A stretch of 47,068 bases of DNA, taken from positions 373-47,440 of the forward strand of contig JAKJAC010000009.1 of assembly GCA_022707705.1 (NCBI GenBank), written 5' to 3'. Numbering within the stretch: position 1 is the first letter of the stretch; the number at the start of each line of letters is the position of its first letter. Of this stretch, positions 9,856 through 18,150 are shown in pieces. The stretch comes from Chloroflexota bacterium (lineage in GTDB: Bacteria; Chloroflexota; Anaerolineae; B4-G1; SLSP01). The translations under genes and the position numbers were made by a program. The notes beneath the pieces were generated by a model that saw only the letters and a program-made list of their open reading frames with translations, was not told the DNA's origin and did no database searches.

Positions 9856-11037
9856 TTAGAGCTCTTCTAGCCCCCAATATGCCGGTTGTGAAGCTAGTTC
9901 TCCGGCTTCGTATCTGGGTAATGTGAAGGAGAAGATGCTGCCCTGATTGGGTTGGCTTTCGACACCTGTTTCCCCGCCGAGGCGCTCCACGATGCGGTGC
10001 ACGATGGAAAGACCGAGCCCGTGCCCTTCCACGCGAACGCTTCCCAATCGCTGAAATGGCACAAACAGATGGGTCTGCTGTTCGGCTGTGATTCCTGGAC
10101 CATTATCTTTCACCCAAAACCGTAATCGACCATCAGGAAGCGTTTTCGCCCCGAGCTCCACCCGTGGCGGTTGTCCCCCATATTTGAGCGCATTGTCTAT
10201 GAAGTTCACCCATACCTCTTCAAGCCAGGGTGCATAGCTCCACACCGTGGGCCAGCTCTCAGGTTGGTCAATTTCCGCATGTAGCCTTTCGATGATTGGC
10301 GTTAAGCGCATCAGAGCATCCGCTATGATGGTATCCATGTTCACGGGATTGAGTTTAGGCATGGGTTGTTTACGCACCCCTGCCAGGATGAGCAAGGCGT
10401 TGATGATATCCGCCATTTTGGCGGCTGACCTTTGCAGCCCTTCTACAGCTTGAGAGCCAACTTCGTTGAGCGGCACCCGATTCGCCAGCAGCTCCCCATA
10501 CCCCAAGATGATGTTCAGCGGGTTACGCAGGTCGTGGGCAACGGTGTGAGCGAAGGCGTCGAGCTCTTCATTGCGTGCTTGCAGTTCGGCATTGAGTCTG
10601 TTTAGCGTTTCAAGGCGTTCCACTAATTCGGTATTGGCAGATTCAAGTTGCTGTTGGAGTCTGCGTAATCCCACATGCGCTTCCACTCGGGCAATGATTT
10701 CCGGCAATTGGAAGGGTTTGGTGACGTAATCTACACCGCCCACACTAAAGGCGCGCAGTTTGTCCTCAGTCTCATCAAGTGCACTCAGGAAGATGATGGG
10801 AATATCACGGGTCTGCTCGTTGTCTTTGAGACGCTGACAGACCTGATAGCCGTTCATTTCTGGCATCATGATATCGAGAAGCACCAGGTCGGGTAGAGAG
10901 GCCGCAATGGCGGTGAGCGCGCGCGCGCCGCTCGTCACTGCACGTACTTTGTAGCCGGCAGCTGCCAGCATATTGGAGAGCAACCGCAAGTTCTCAGGGG
11001 TATCATCTACAATCAGGATGTTGGCTTGTTCTCGCAT
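9856..11037 (-). CDS. response-regulator receiver domain fused to a histidine kinase (REC-HisKA-HATPase)
   Basis: The N-terminal REC domain reads ILIVDDTPENLRLL...LVLLDIMMPEMNGYQV...VTKPF. The H-box is FAHTVAHDLRNPLN. The HATPase region has the N box (NFIDNALKYG) and G boxes (DNGPGI, GHGLGLSIV). AAGGAG lies 4 nt before the ATG. Confidence 0.85.
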   Translation of the reverse strand: MREQANILIVDDTPENLRLLSNMLAAAGYKVRAVTSGARALTAIAASLPDLVLLDIMMPEMNGYQVCQRLKDNEQTRDIPIIFLSALDETEDKLRAFSVGGVDYVTKPFQLPEIIARVEAHVGLRRLQQQLESANTELVERLETLNRLNAELQARNEELDAFAHTVAHDLRNPLNIILGYGELLANRVPLNEVGSQAVEGLQRSAAKMADIINALLILAGVRKQPMPKLNPVNMDTIIADALMRLTPIIERLHAEIDQPESWPTVWSYAPWLEEVWVNFIDNALKYGGQPPRVELGAKTLPDGRLRFWVKDNGPGITAEQQTHLFVPFQRLGSVRVEGHGLGLSIVHRIVERLGGETGVESQPNQGSIFSFTLPRYEAGELASQPAYWGLEEL

Positions 11038-11046
11038 AAGGCTCCT

Positions 11047-13536
11047 TTACTGCAGTAGGCCAAGAATGGCGTCATGATCATACTCATGCGCGAACCGCCG
11101 CAGGTGTTGTGCCAATGCGGGTTCGGTCGCGCTGATTTGTTCAATGCACTCCAGAATGAGGTGGACATCGGCATTGATGGTGGCGGAGCGCAGGGTCTTG
11201 CGCCACTCTTCTGGTTGCGCCGATAACGCTTGTATCCAGGCTTTTGTCTCGTCTTCAGCTGTTGCAATGCTCAAAGGAGGAGATAAAAGCGTTGGCTCGG
11301 CGTAGACCAGCCGCAGCTTGAGATGCTGCGCCAGTTTCTCGTAGATTTCGGTTTTTCGAAACGGCTTGCGGATGAAGTCGTTGCAACTCTCGTTTAGGAG
11401 TGTAATACGATCCTCTTCAAAGGCGGCTGCGGTAAGGGCGATGATGAGCGTCTTCTGATCTCCACCGGTCTGACGGATATGTTTTACCAGCTGGTGTCCA
11501 TCCATCACCGGCATTCTCACATCCATGAAGATGAGATGGGGTTGCCAGTTTTGCCAGAGTTCGAGCGCTTCGGCGCCGTTGGCAACTTCGCGGAGTTCCA
11601 TTCCCAAAGGCGCTAATACCTTGATGAGCAGCTTGCGTGATAACTCCTCGTCATCTGCGATTAGGATACGGTAGACAGGTTCATCGGGCTGTACCGCCAG
11701 CACCTCTCGCTCCAGACCGGCTAGCTGCACTTCGAAGATTGCCTCCCCGGGTCCTCCGGGCGTTGACACGGGTGTGTAACGCACATCAAATGAGAATAGA
11801 CATCCCTTTCCCAGCTCGCTTTTTAGTGTGATTTCGCTGCCCAGGAGCTGCGCAAGCTGCTGGCTGATGGCCAAGCCCAGACCCGTCCCTGGAAGTGAGG
11901 CTACTGCTTCCGTCCGCCAGAAGGGGGCAAAGACGGCGTTTTGTTCTTCCGGGGCGATTCCGGGACCTGTATCTTGCACCTCGAAGCGCAGGAAACTACT
12001 CGCATCGCCAATCTGATGAATGGCGTTAGCAACCCGCGTGATAACGCGCCCACAAGATGTGAACTTGATGGCGTTATCAAGTAAGTTGATCAGAATTTGA
12101 CGCAATTTCCTCTGGTCCAGACGTAAGAAACGTGGCACGTCCCGGCTCCATTCAAAGACCAGACTGAGATTCTGTTTCTTGGCGCGTTGCTGAAACATTT
12201 CTTCCAGTTCGAAGAGCATTTGGTGCAGATCGAAATTCTCTTCTTGGAGGGGCGCGCGCCCTGCTTCGATTTTCGAAAGCTCCTGAACATTGTTGATCAG
12301 GCTGAGCAAATGCTCGCCACTACGTTCAATAATCGTCAGGTTCTCGCGTTGCTCGGCGTTGAGATCGGCTTGTTGGGTCATAAGTTGTGTAAAACCCAGG
12401 ATCACGTTGAGTGGTGTGCGCAATTCATGGCTGATGTTTGCCAGGAATACGCTTTTGGCGCGATTCGCCGTCTGCGCGTTACTAAGAGCTTCCTGCGCCA
12501 GCTGCGTGGCGCGCGCCAACTGCTCAGCCCGTTGCTCGATAGCTGTATGTAGTCGCGCCTGCCGGATGGCAACTGCTAGCAATGATGCCACTTCCAACGC
12601 CGCATCCACATCTTCGGTCCTGAAGGCGTGTGGGGATGTTGCTTCCAGCAGCAGTGCGCCAGTCAATTCCTGGTGTACTAGCATCGGGATGACTACAAAG
12701 GCGCGTGTGCCATCCTGGAAGAGCAGCTCCATCATCGGCGACCGCTGGCTGAGTGCGGTTAAGTCTTCGACACCAGCAGGGCGTCCTTGCTTCAGAATTT
12801 CCTGGTTGATGACTGCCACCCGTTGTTGCATTGCGGTGCTGAATTCCTGCTCGGCTTCTACCCCTAACACTGCGACGTTGCCCTGACTATCGACTTCCAG
12901 AGCCGTGACCCGCTGGCATCCGGTCAGACGCCGCAGTCGCCCCAACGCTGCCAGGGCAATGGTCGAAGGTGAGCGCGCTGCCAGAATGGATTGGTCAATC
13001 TCGTGAAGGGTGCGCAGACGTTCCGCATAGCGCGCGATTTCCAACTCAGCCAGCTTACTGGGAGTGATGTTGCGAATTGATGAGAGTACCCGTTGTTCAT
13101 CAATGGGGAAGACTCGCGCCTCGAACCATGTTCGTGAAGGCACAGTGAGGCTGTATTCGATGGTGACGAGTTGGTGTTGTTCCAGGCTTTCATGAATGGC
13201 GTTGAGGGATTGTTCTGCCACATCGGGTGGCAACATCTCGTGGATGGTGTGCCCCAGGAGTTCTTCCGCCGGTCGTTGCAGTAGTTTTGCCGGTCCCCTG
13301 ATCTCCAGGTAGCGCCCATCTGCGTCCAACACGATCAACAGATCGGTCATGACGTTGAGCATCGCCTGGAATTCGCCCTGAAGCTGCTTCAGGGCGTCTG
13401 AGACTTCTTGCTCGGCAAGCTCCTTGAATTCTGGTTTGCCTACGCTTTCTATGAGATTGCTGACTGCACGCACTTTGTCGGTTGGCAGTCGCTCAGGCGC
13501 CAGATGATGAGAATCCCGGAACGTGCGTTTTGCCAT
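11047..13536 (-). CDS. hybrid sensor histidine kinase (PAS-GAF-HisKA-HATPase-REC)
   Basis: The H-box is FLANISHELRTPLNVILGF. The ATPase motifs are NLLDNAIKFT, DTGPGI and GTGLGLAISQ. The C-terminal REC domain reads RILIADDEELSRKL...LIFMDVRMPVMDGHQL...IRKPF. PAS- and GAF-like segments lie N-terminally. Confidence 0.85.
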   Translation of the reverse strand: MAKRTFRDSHHLAPERLPTDKVRAVSNLIESVGKPEFKELAEQEVSDALKQLQGEFQAMLNVMTDLLIVLDADGRYLEIRGPAKLLQRPAEELLGHTIHEMLPPDVAEQSLNAIHESLEQHQLVTIEYSLTVPSRTWFEARVFPIDEQRVLSSIRNITPSKLAELEIARYAERLRTLHEIDQSILAARSPSTIALAALGRLRRLTGCQRVTALEVDSQGNVAVLGVEAEQEFSTAMQQRVAVINQEILKQGRPAGVEDLTALSQRSPMMELLFQDGTRAFVVIPMLVHQELTGALLLEATSPHAFRTEDVDAALEVASLLAVAIRQARLHTAIEQRAEQLARATQLAQEALSNAQTANRAKSVFLANISHELRTPLNVILGFTQLMTQQADLNAEQRENLTIIERSGEHLLSLINNVQELSKIEAGRAPLQEENFDLHQMLFELEEMFQQRAKKQNLSLVFEWSRDVPRFLRLDQRKLRQILINLLDNAIKFTSCGRVITRVANAIHQIGDASSFLRFEVQDTGPGIAPEEQNAVFAPFWRTEAVASLPGTGLGLAISQQLAQLLGSEITLKSELGKGCLFSFDVRYTPVSTPGGPGEAIFEVQLAGLEREVLAVQPDEPVYRILIADDEELSRKLLIKVLAPLGMELREVANGAEALELWQNWQPHLIFMDVRMPVMDGHQLVKHIRQTGGDQKTLIIALTAAAFEEDRITLLNESCNDFIRKPFRKTEIYEKLAQHLKLRLVYAEPTLLSPPLSIATAEDETKAWIQALSAQPEEWRKTLRSATINADVHLILECIEQISATEPALAQHLRRFAHEYDHDAILGLLQ

Positions 13537-13566
13537 GTGAACTTTCCTTGGGCGAATTGCCTTTGG

Positions 13567-15834
13567 CTAAACGATTCTGTCCAAAACTGTGTTGGATGGA
13601 TTGACCTTGAGCGCTCGTCTCCCTGGCGCTTGTAGCCGTTGCGCCAGGCGGGTGTTGCGCCTGGCGATTTTGTCGTTATGTACCGCGATGGCAATCGCAC
13701 GCATTCCTCCTACCAGCACTACCAAAGAACGGGCGCGGGTGACTCCCGTATAGAGCAGGTTGCGCTGTAACATCAGGTAGTGTTGGGTGAGCAGCGGCAG
13801 CACTATAGCAGGGAACTCGGAGCCTTGGGCTTTGTGGATGCTGACCGCATAGGCATGCATAATGGCGTCCAGTTCGGTGAATTCGTAGAGCGCGACCGTG
13901 TCATCGAAGGCGATCGTCACGGTTTGATCTTCGAGGTCAATAGCGGTGATATGCCCCATGTCACCGTTGAAAACCTGGCGTTCGTAATCGTTCTGAATCT
14001 GCATGACTCGGTCGCCGGTGCGCAGAATGCGCGCTCCGTGGGTGATCTGAGTTTTGTCGGTTGAGGGTGGATTTAGCACGGTCTGCAACTCCCGGTTGAG
14101 CGCTGACACCCCTACCGGACCCCGGTGCATGGGGCTTAACACCTGCACATCGCGCTCTGCATCCAATCCGAACTTCGCCGGAATGCGATGGGCGACAATA
14201 TCCAACACCAGCGCTGCGGCTTGTTCCGGATCTTCCTGACGGAACAGGAAGAAATCGCGCGCTTCTGATGGGAAGAGAGGCAACTCTCCGTGGTTGATGC
14301 GATGGGCGTTGACAATGATGAAACTATCATCTGCCTGGCGGAAGATGGTTTCCAGTCGGGTGACCGGTAAGACATTGCTGACGATGAGGTCCTGGAGCAC
14401 GTTGCCTGGTCCGACCGAGGGTAACTGATCCCTATCGCCCACCAACAGCAGGTGACTACCCGCTTCTATAGCTTGAAGCAGGTGGTTGATGAGCAGAATA
14501 TCGATCATCGAGGCCTCATCCACGATGACGAGATCGGCATCCAGCGGGTTTTCCTGGTCGCGGAGGAAGCGGTTGCCCTGTGCGGGTTTGTATTCCAGCA
14601 AGCGGTGCAATGTCTTCGCCTCCAGTCCTGTGAGTTCGCTCAAGCGCTTGGCAGCGCGCCCCGTGGGCGCCGCTAGCAGCACCGAGTGCCCTTTGGATTG
14701 GAGGAGCTGGATGACGGCACGAGTGATGGTCGTTTTACCGGTCCCCGGTCCACCCGTGAGGATAGCGACCTTCTCCGTGAGCGCCATCTGTACTGCCCGA
14801 CGTTGCGCTTCCACCAACTTGAACCCCAACCCGGTTGGGACGTCATTATGCGCGTCCAACCAGGTGAAGGCGCGCTCCCAGTCCAATGTGGTGAAATCAC
14901 CCAACCGGTCGCGGGCGCTGTTTAGGAGCAAGCGTAACTTCGCGGCAACGCTGCTTTCAGCTTGAAAGAAGGGTGGCAGGTAGATGGCTTCATCTTCGGC
15001 GCGCAGTTCTTCCTGCTGAAGTAGACTGTTGAGCGCCGACTCGCACGCGGCGATGGGCACTTCTAGCATCTGCTTCGCAGCATCGAGCAGCTGTAGGCGG
15101 GTGGCAAAGCAATGCCCCTCATCACTGAATGTGCCGAGGACATAGCGCAGCCCTGCCTCGATACGCTGCGGGGCATCATGCGCGATGCCCATCTGTTGGG
15201 CAACCTTGTCGGCAGTCTTGAAGCCAATGCCCCAGATATCCTTCGCGAGGCGATAGGGGTTCTCTTGTACGATGGCGATGGCTTCATCGCCATATTGCTT
15301 GAAGATTTTTACTGCCAGTCCCGTGCTTACACCATGGCTCTGTAGAAAGAGCATGATTTCTTTAATTTGTTTCTGCTCTTCCCAGGCGACGGCAACACTG
15401 GCGGTGCGTTTCTCGCCGATACCGGGGACTTCTCGCAGGCGGTTGATATCATGCTCAATCACTTCGAGAGTGTGTAGCCCGAAAGTATCTACAATGCGCC
15501 GCGCATTCACCGGTCCGATGCCACGAATTAAGCCACTTCCCAGGTACTTGCGCAGCCCTTCCAGGGTGGCGGGAAGCAGCACCGAGTAATCTCGCACCTG
15601 GAATTGCTTTCCATAGCGGGGATGTTCGGTCCACACGCCGCGCAATCGTAGGGATTCGCCTACGCTTACCCCGGTCAGTGTGCCGACAACGGTGACTTCA
15701 TAAGCTTTGCCGCGAGGGACGAGTTTGGCGATGGTATAGCCATTTTCTTCATTCTGGAAGGTGACGCGTTCAAGTGTGCCTTCCAGGGTTTGGAGGGGAG
15801 TCGTCACAGCGTCAGTTACCGGTGTGGGAAACAT
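13567..15834 (-). CDS. recD2: RecD2-type SF1B ATP-dependent DNA helicase
   Basis: The product is 755 aa. Walker A is ILTGGPGTGKTT and Walker B-like is LVIVDEASMID. LLVGDRDQLPSVGPG and the C-terminal YAVSIHKAQGSEF and YTGVTRAR motifs are present. The N-terminus has helix-hairpin-helix-like GIG repeats. Confidence 0.85.
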   Translation of the reverse strand: MFPTPVTDAVTTPLQTLEGTLERVTFQNEENGYTIAKLVPRGKAYEVTVVGTLTGVSVGESLRLRGVWTEHPRYGKQFQVRDYSVLLPATLEGLRKYLGSGLIRGIGPVNARRIVDTFGLHTLEVIEHDINRLREVPGIGEKRTASVAVAWEEQKQIKEIMLFLQSHGVSTGLAVKIFKQYGDEAIAIVQENPYRLAKDIWGIGFKTADKVAQQMGIAHDAPQRIEAGLRYVLGTFSDEGHCFATRLQLLDAAKQMLEVPIAACESALNSLLQQEELRAEDEAIYLPPFFQAESSVAAKLRLLLNSARDRLGDFTTLDWERAFTWLDAHNDVPTGLGFKLVEAQRRAVQMALTEKVAILTGGPGTGKTTITRAVIQLLQSKGHSVLLAAPTGRAAKRLSELTGLEAKTLHRLLEYKPAQGNRFLRDQENPLDADLVIVDEASMIDILLINHLLQAIEAGSHLLLVGDRDQLPSVGPGNVLQDLIVSNVLPVTRLETIFRQADDSFIIVNAHRINHGELPLFPSEARDFFLFRQEDPEQAAALVLDIVAHRIPAKFGLDAERDVQVLSPMHRGPVGVSALNRELQTVLNPPSTDKTQITHGARILRTGDRVMQIQNDYERQVFNGDMGHITAIDLEDQTVTIAFDDTVALYEFTELDAIMHAYAVSIHKAQGSEFPAIVLPLLTQHYLMLQRNLLYTGVTRARSLVVLVGGMRAIAIAVHNDKIARRNTRLAQRLQAPGRRALKVNPSNTVLDRIV

Positions 15835-15840
15835 GGTTCT

Positions 15841-15868
15841 ATTCTACTATGAGATCAAGTTTCAACAA
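15841..15868 (-). promoter_or_regulatory. candidate promoter of recD2, possibly giving a leaderless mRNA
   Basis: On the minus strand, TAGAAT (15846-15841) ends 6 nt before the recD2 ATG (15834), and no SD is present. TTGTTG (15868-15863) lies 16 nt upstream and abuts the IS boundary. Confidence 0.3.
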
Positions 15869-15908
15869 CTTAAGGAGGGTCGGACCGTATTTTTACGGTT
15901 ACGATACG
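15869..15908. repeat. IS left terminal inverted repeat
   Basis: CTTAAGGAGGGTCGGACCGTATTTTTACGGTTACGATACG matches the reverse complement of 17825-17864. Confidence 0.75.
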
Positions 15909-16020
15909 AATACGCCACGAACCACCCGCATCGAGAAATGATTACGTTTGTATGGCTCGGATAACCCTTTGGAGCCTTACGCGGCTAAAAGATGCGTAAT
16001 CATTGCACCTTCACAAGTCC

Positions 16021-16057
16021 AGACAACAAAAACGGCCTCTTGGGGTCAAGAGGCCGT
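16021..16057 (-). terminator. Rho-independent terminator downstream of the transposase gene
   Basis: A perfect 11-bp stem (ACGGCCTCTTG / CAAGAGGCCGT) with a 4-nt loop is followed on the minus strand by TTTTTGTTGTCT. Confidence 0.7.
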
Positions 16058-16091
16058 GTCCGACGTCGCTTAATGTTGCCTACAGTGCTCA

Positions 16092-17597
16092 CTACGAGCT
16101 ACGGGTATGCCTGTTGCGCACGCGATGCAGCGCGCGCAGGTTGATCAACACGTAGATGAGGGTATTTTGATTGGTAATTGCTTGCTGATTGCGCAATTTG
16201 GGACGTTCGATGCCTAAGGCGACAGCCTGACTGTTGATGCGTTCTGTGGCTGTCCGCTGTTTGTAAACAGTCTTGTACAGTTCGCTAGTGCGGTCAATCT
16301 GATGGCGAAGACGGGCACCGATACTGGTAGCCAGGGTGGTGACGCAGCCACCTTTAGCCCAATGTCGGTGGCCAATGGGACAGACCTCCGCAGTGAGGAT
16401 GGGATACTGTAGTGGGCAGACGTAGCGACCCCGCTCATGCGGCAGTAAGGTTGTGCGACACATAAAGACGTGCTTGAGGGGCATGGCCAGCCCCGCCTCA
16501 CACAAGGGCAGTCCGTCGGCATTGAAGGTGCGTTTGGGACCGCGTTTGGCCCACGGCACAGCCGCAAAGGCGGATTGCCAGGGTTCATCCGCCCGCTGGA
16601 AGCGCTCGTAGACGTACCAGGCATCAAATCCGGCATCAAAGGCGCCAAAACGTGGGGCAAAACCCAGGCGACGCTCTGCCGCATCCATCAAGGGCTGAAA
16701 ATAGCTGGCATCCGAGGCATCAAAAGTTTGCGTGAGTTCAGCTAGCACAATCTCGGCCCAGCCGCACACCTTGGTCGCAACGACACCCGAAGCATAGCCC
16801 CAGTAATATTCACCCACAGGTACGCCTTGTGGCGAACGAGGGTTAGTGCGTGGCGTAGCGGGTTCGTTGCAGGTTCCTGGTTTTTCACCGCGGCTGCGCT
16901 GATTGCGCTTGCGCTTGCAGCCCAACTTACAGTCGGGATCGCCAGTGGGTTGCGTGCTCTTGTCAAAGCGGGCCGTGACATAGGCTTTAGGATTGTTTTC
17001 TTTGACCCACGCCAGGATATGTTTGGTGTCCAGGGAGATCGCCTGTCCCAAATCGGGCGCGACATGGCGTAACTCATCCTGCAGCAACTGCACGGTGTCG
17101 TCTAAGAGCCATTGCAAAGCCGCGTTAGACAATGTGCGGAGCATCCGCGTGAAGTGCCGGGCGGTGGGGAGACTGGCATCCACATCGAAACCCCACGGGA
17201 AACAGCGGGAGGGAATACAGGGGAAGCCCAAGACCCATACCAGGGCCGGATGTTCGCACAAGTAGTCTCGCAAATCAGTCATGTGCGGCAATTGCTCCTC
17301 CAGTTTTACCAGACAGGCGGCGACAAAGGGCGCATAGGGCACGGGCGGACAATAGCGGTAACTATCCAGTGGACGCTCAGGGAAGTTACCCCAATCCAAG
17401 GGGCCTAACAACCGCAAATAACGCAGGGCGACCGGCGACTCGCGCACAAAACGCGGTAAACGTGGCAACGGCCATTGCGCTAATTGCTGCAGATTGGTAG
17501 GTGAGACACTGTCAGTGCCTCGCAGCCGTGCCAGAGGCGCCGTTTTACACCCCAAAGCACGGGGCCAAAGCCGTGTTACAATAGAGAGACTCGCCAT
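16092..17597 (-). CDS. DDE transposase, IS5/IS1182 (IS4/IS5 superfamily)-like
   Basis: The product is 501 aa. It has an InsH-type N-terminal region (YAPFVAACLVKLEEQLPHMTDLRDYLCEHPALVWVLGF). Candidate catalytic residues are ISLDTKH, AFDAGFDA and YKQRTATERINSQ, the last fitting the Y-x2-R-x3-E signature. GGAAAGGAG lies upstream of the ATG. Confidence 0.8.
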   Translation of the reverse strand: MASLSIVTRLWPRALGCKTAPLARLRGTDSVSPTNLQQLAQWPLPRLPRFVRESPVALRYLRLLGPLDWGNFPERPLDSYRYCPPVPYAPFVAACLVKLEEQLPHMTDLRDYLCEHPALVWVLGFPCIPSRCFPWGFDVDASLPTARHFTRMLRTLSNAALQWLLDDTVQLLQDELRHVAPDLGQAISLDTKHILAWVKENNPKAYVTARFDKSTQPTGDPDCKLGCKRKRNQRSRGEKPGTCNEPATPRTNPRSPQGVPVGEYYWGYASGVVATKVCGWAEIVLAELTQTFDASDASYFQPLMDAAERRLGFAPRFGAFDAGFDAWYVYERFQRADEPWQSAFAAVPWAKRGPKRTFNADGLPLCEAGLAMPLKHVFMCRTTLLPHERGRYVCPLQYPILTAEVCPIGHRHWAKGGCVTTLATSIGARLRHQIDRTSELYKTVYKQRTATERINSQAVALGIERPKLRNQQAITNQNTLIYVLINLRALHRVRNRHTRSS

Positions 17598-17824
17598 GGT
17601 TTGTTCTCCTTTCCAGTTATGATGACGTCGGACAACGCTATCATAGCCCGGGAGGGCAAACCTGGCGAGTGCGGGAAAAACGTAATCATTAAGGTAACGG
17701 TTACGCTGCGGAAGGCTATCAAGCGTCCTAAAAGCGCAGGCGACAGGTGCAATCGTAATCGTTGTTTTTACGGATACGGTTTTACTGCATGGTGGGCGTC
17801 TTTGATTACGTTATGGTCACGTTT

Positions 17825-17864
17825 CGGTCGTAATCGTAAACTTTACGGTCCAACCCTCCTTAAG
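17825..17864. repeat. IS right terminal inverted repeat
   Basis: CGGTCGTAATCGTAAACTTTACGGTCCAACCCTCCTTAAG is the inverted partner of 15869-15908. Confidence 0.75.
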
Positions 17865-17880
17865 GGGGGCATTTCAGGGA

Positions 17881-18010
17881 GGGGCGAAAATCTCAACCGT
17901 CCCTACGGAGCGCGGGAGAGAGTTGATTTTTGCGGCGGGACGCAGTCCCGTCGCAAAAATCAATTAAAGAGGATTCTTTTGTATGACAATCGGCTTACTT
18001 TTTCCCCAAA
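17881..18010. repeat. conserved intergenic element, copy 1 of 2, with a 19-bp hairpin (17923-17963)
   Basis: It aligns with 31300-31430 along its whole length. The stem is TTGATTTTTGCGGCGGGAC / GTCCCGTCGCAAAAATCAA with a GCA loop. The hairpin is followed by TTAAAGAGGA and ATGACAATCGG. Confidence 0.7.
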
Positions 18011-18150
18011 GATGAAACATACCCCCAACTTAAGCCCCTGCCGGGAAAATGAAGGGACTGCTCAAATGCGCTCTATGCGCTATAATTGGGATGTCGTAGC
18101 ACGAGAGTCTCGCACAGTGAACCGTTCACAAGGTGTTCATGAAGGGGGGA

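Larger units (their letters stand above)
15869..17864 (-). mobile_element. IS5/IS1182-like insertion sequence (about 2.0 kb) with imperfect terminal inverted repeats of about 40 bp
   Basis: The left end is CTTAAGGAGGGTCGGACCGTA. The reverse complement of the right end is CTTAAGGAGGGTTGGACCGTA, which matches at 20 of 21 positions, and the similarity continues to about 40 bp. TTAA occurs at both junctions (15870-15873 and 17860-17863). The element encloses a DDE transposase gene and its terminator. Confidence 0.8.

Noticed and set aside
12290-12886. Long antisense ORFs inside real genes, for example 12290-12886, 23015-23650, 23814-24503, 34386-35165, 38562-39290 and 7069-7557
   Set aside because: These are typical shadow ORFs of GC-rich DNA. 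They have Arg/Ala/Ser/Pro-rich products and no SD or promoter. Each is fully overlapped by a gene with clear family motifs on the other strand.
17922-17964. The long hairpin as an integron attC site, a CRISPR repeat or an intrinsic terminator
   Set aside because: The ends do not fit the RYYYAAC/GTTRRRY cores. There is no intI, no cas gene and no repeat-spacer array. No U-tract follows the stem on either strand, and no upstream gene reads into copy 2.
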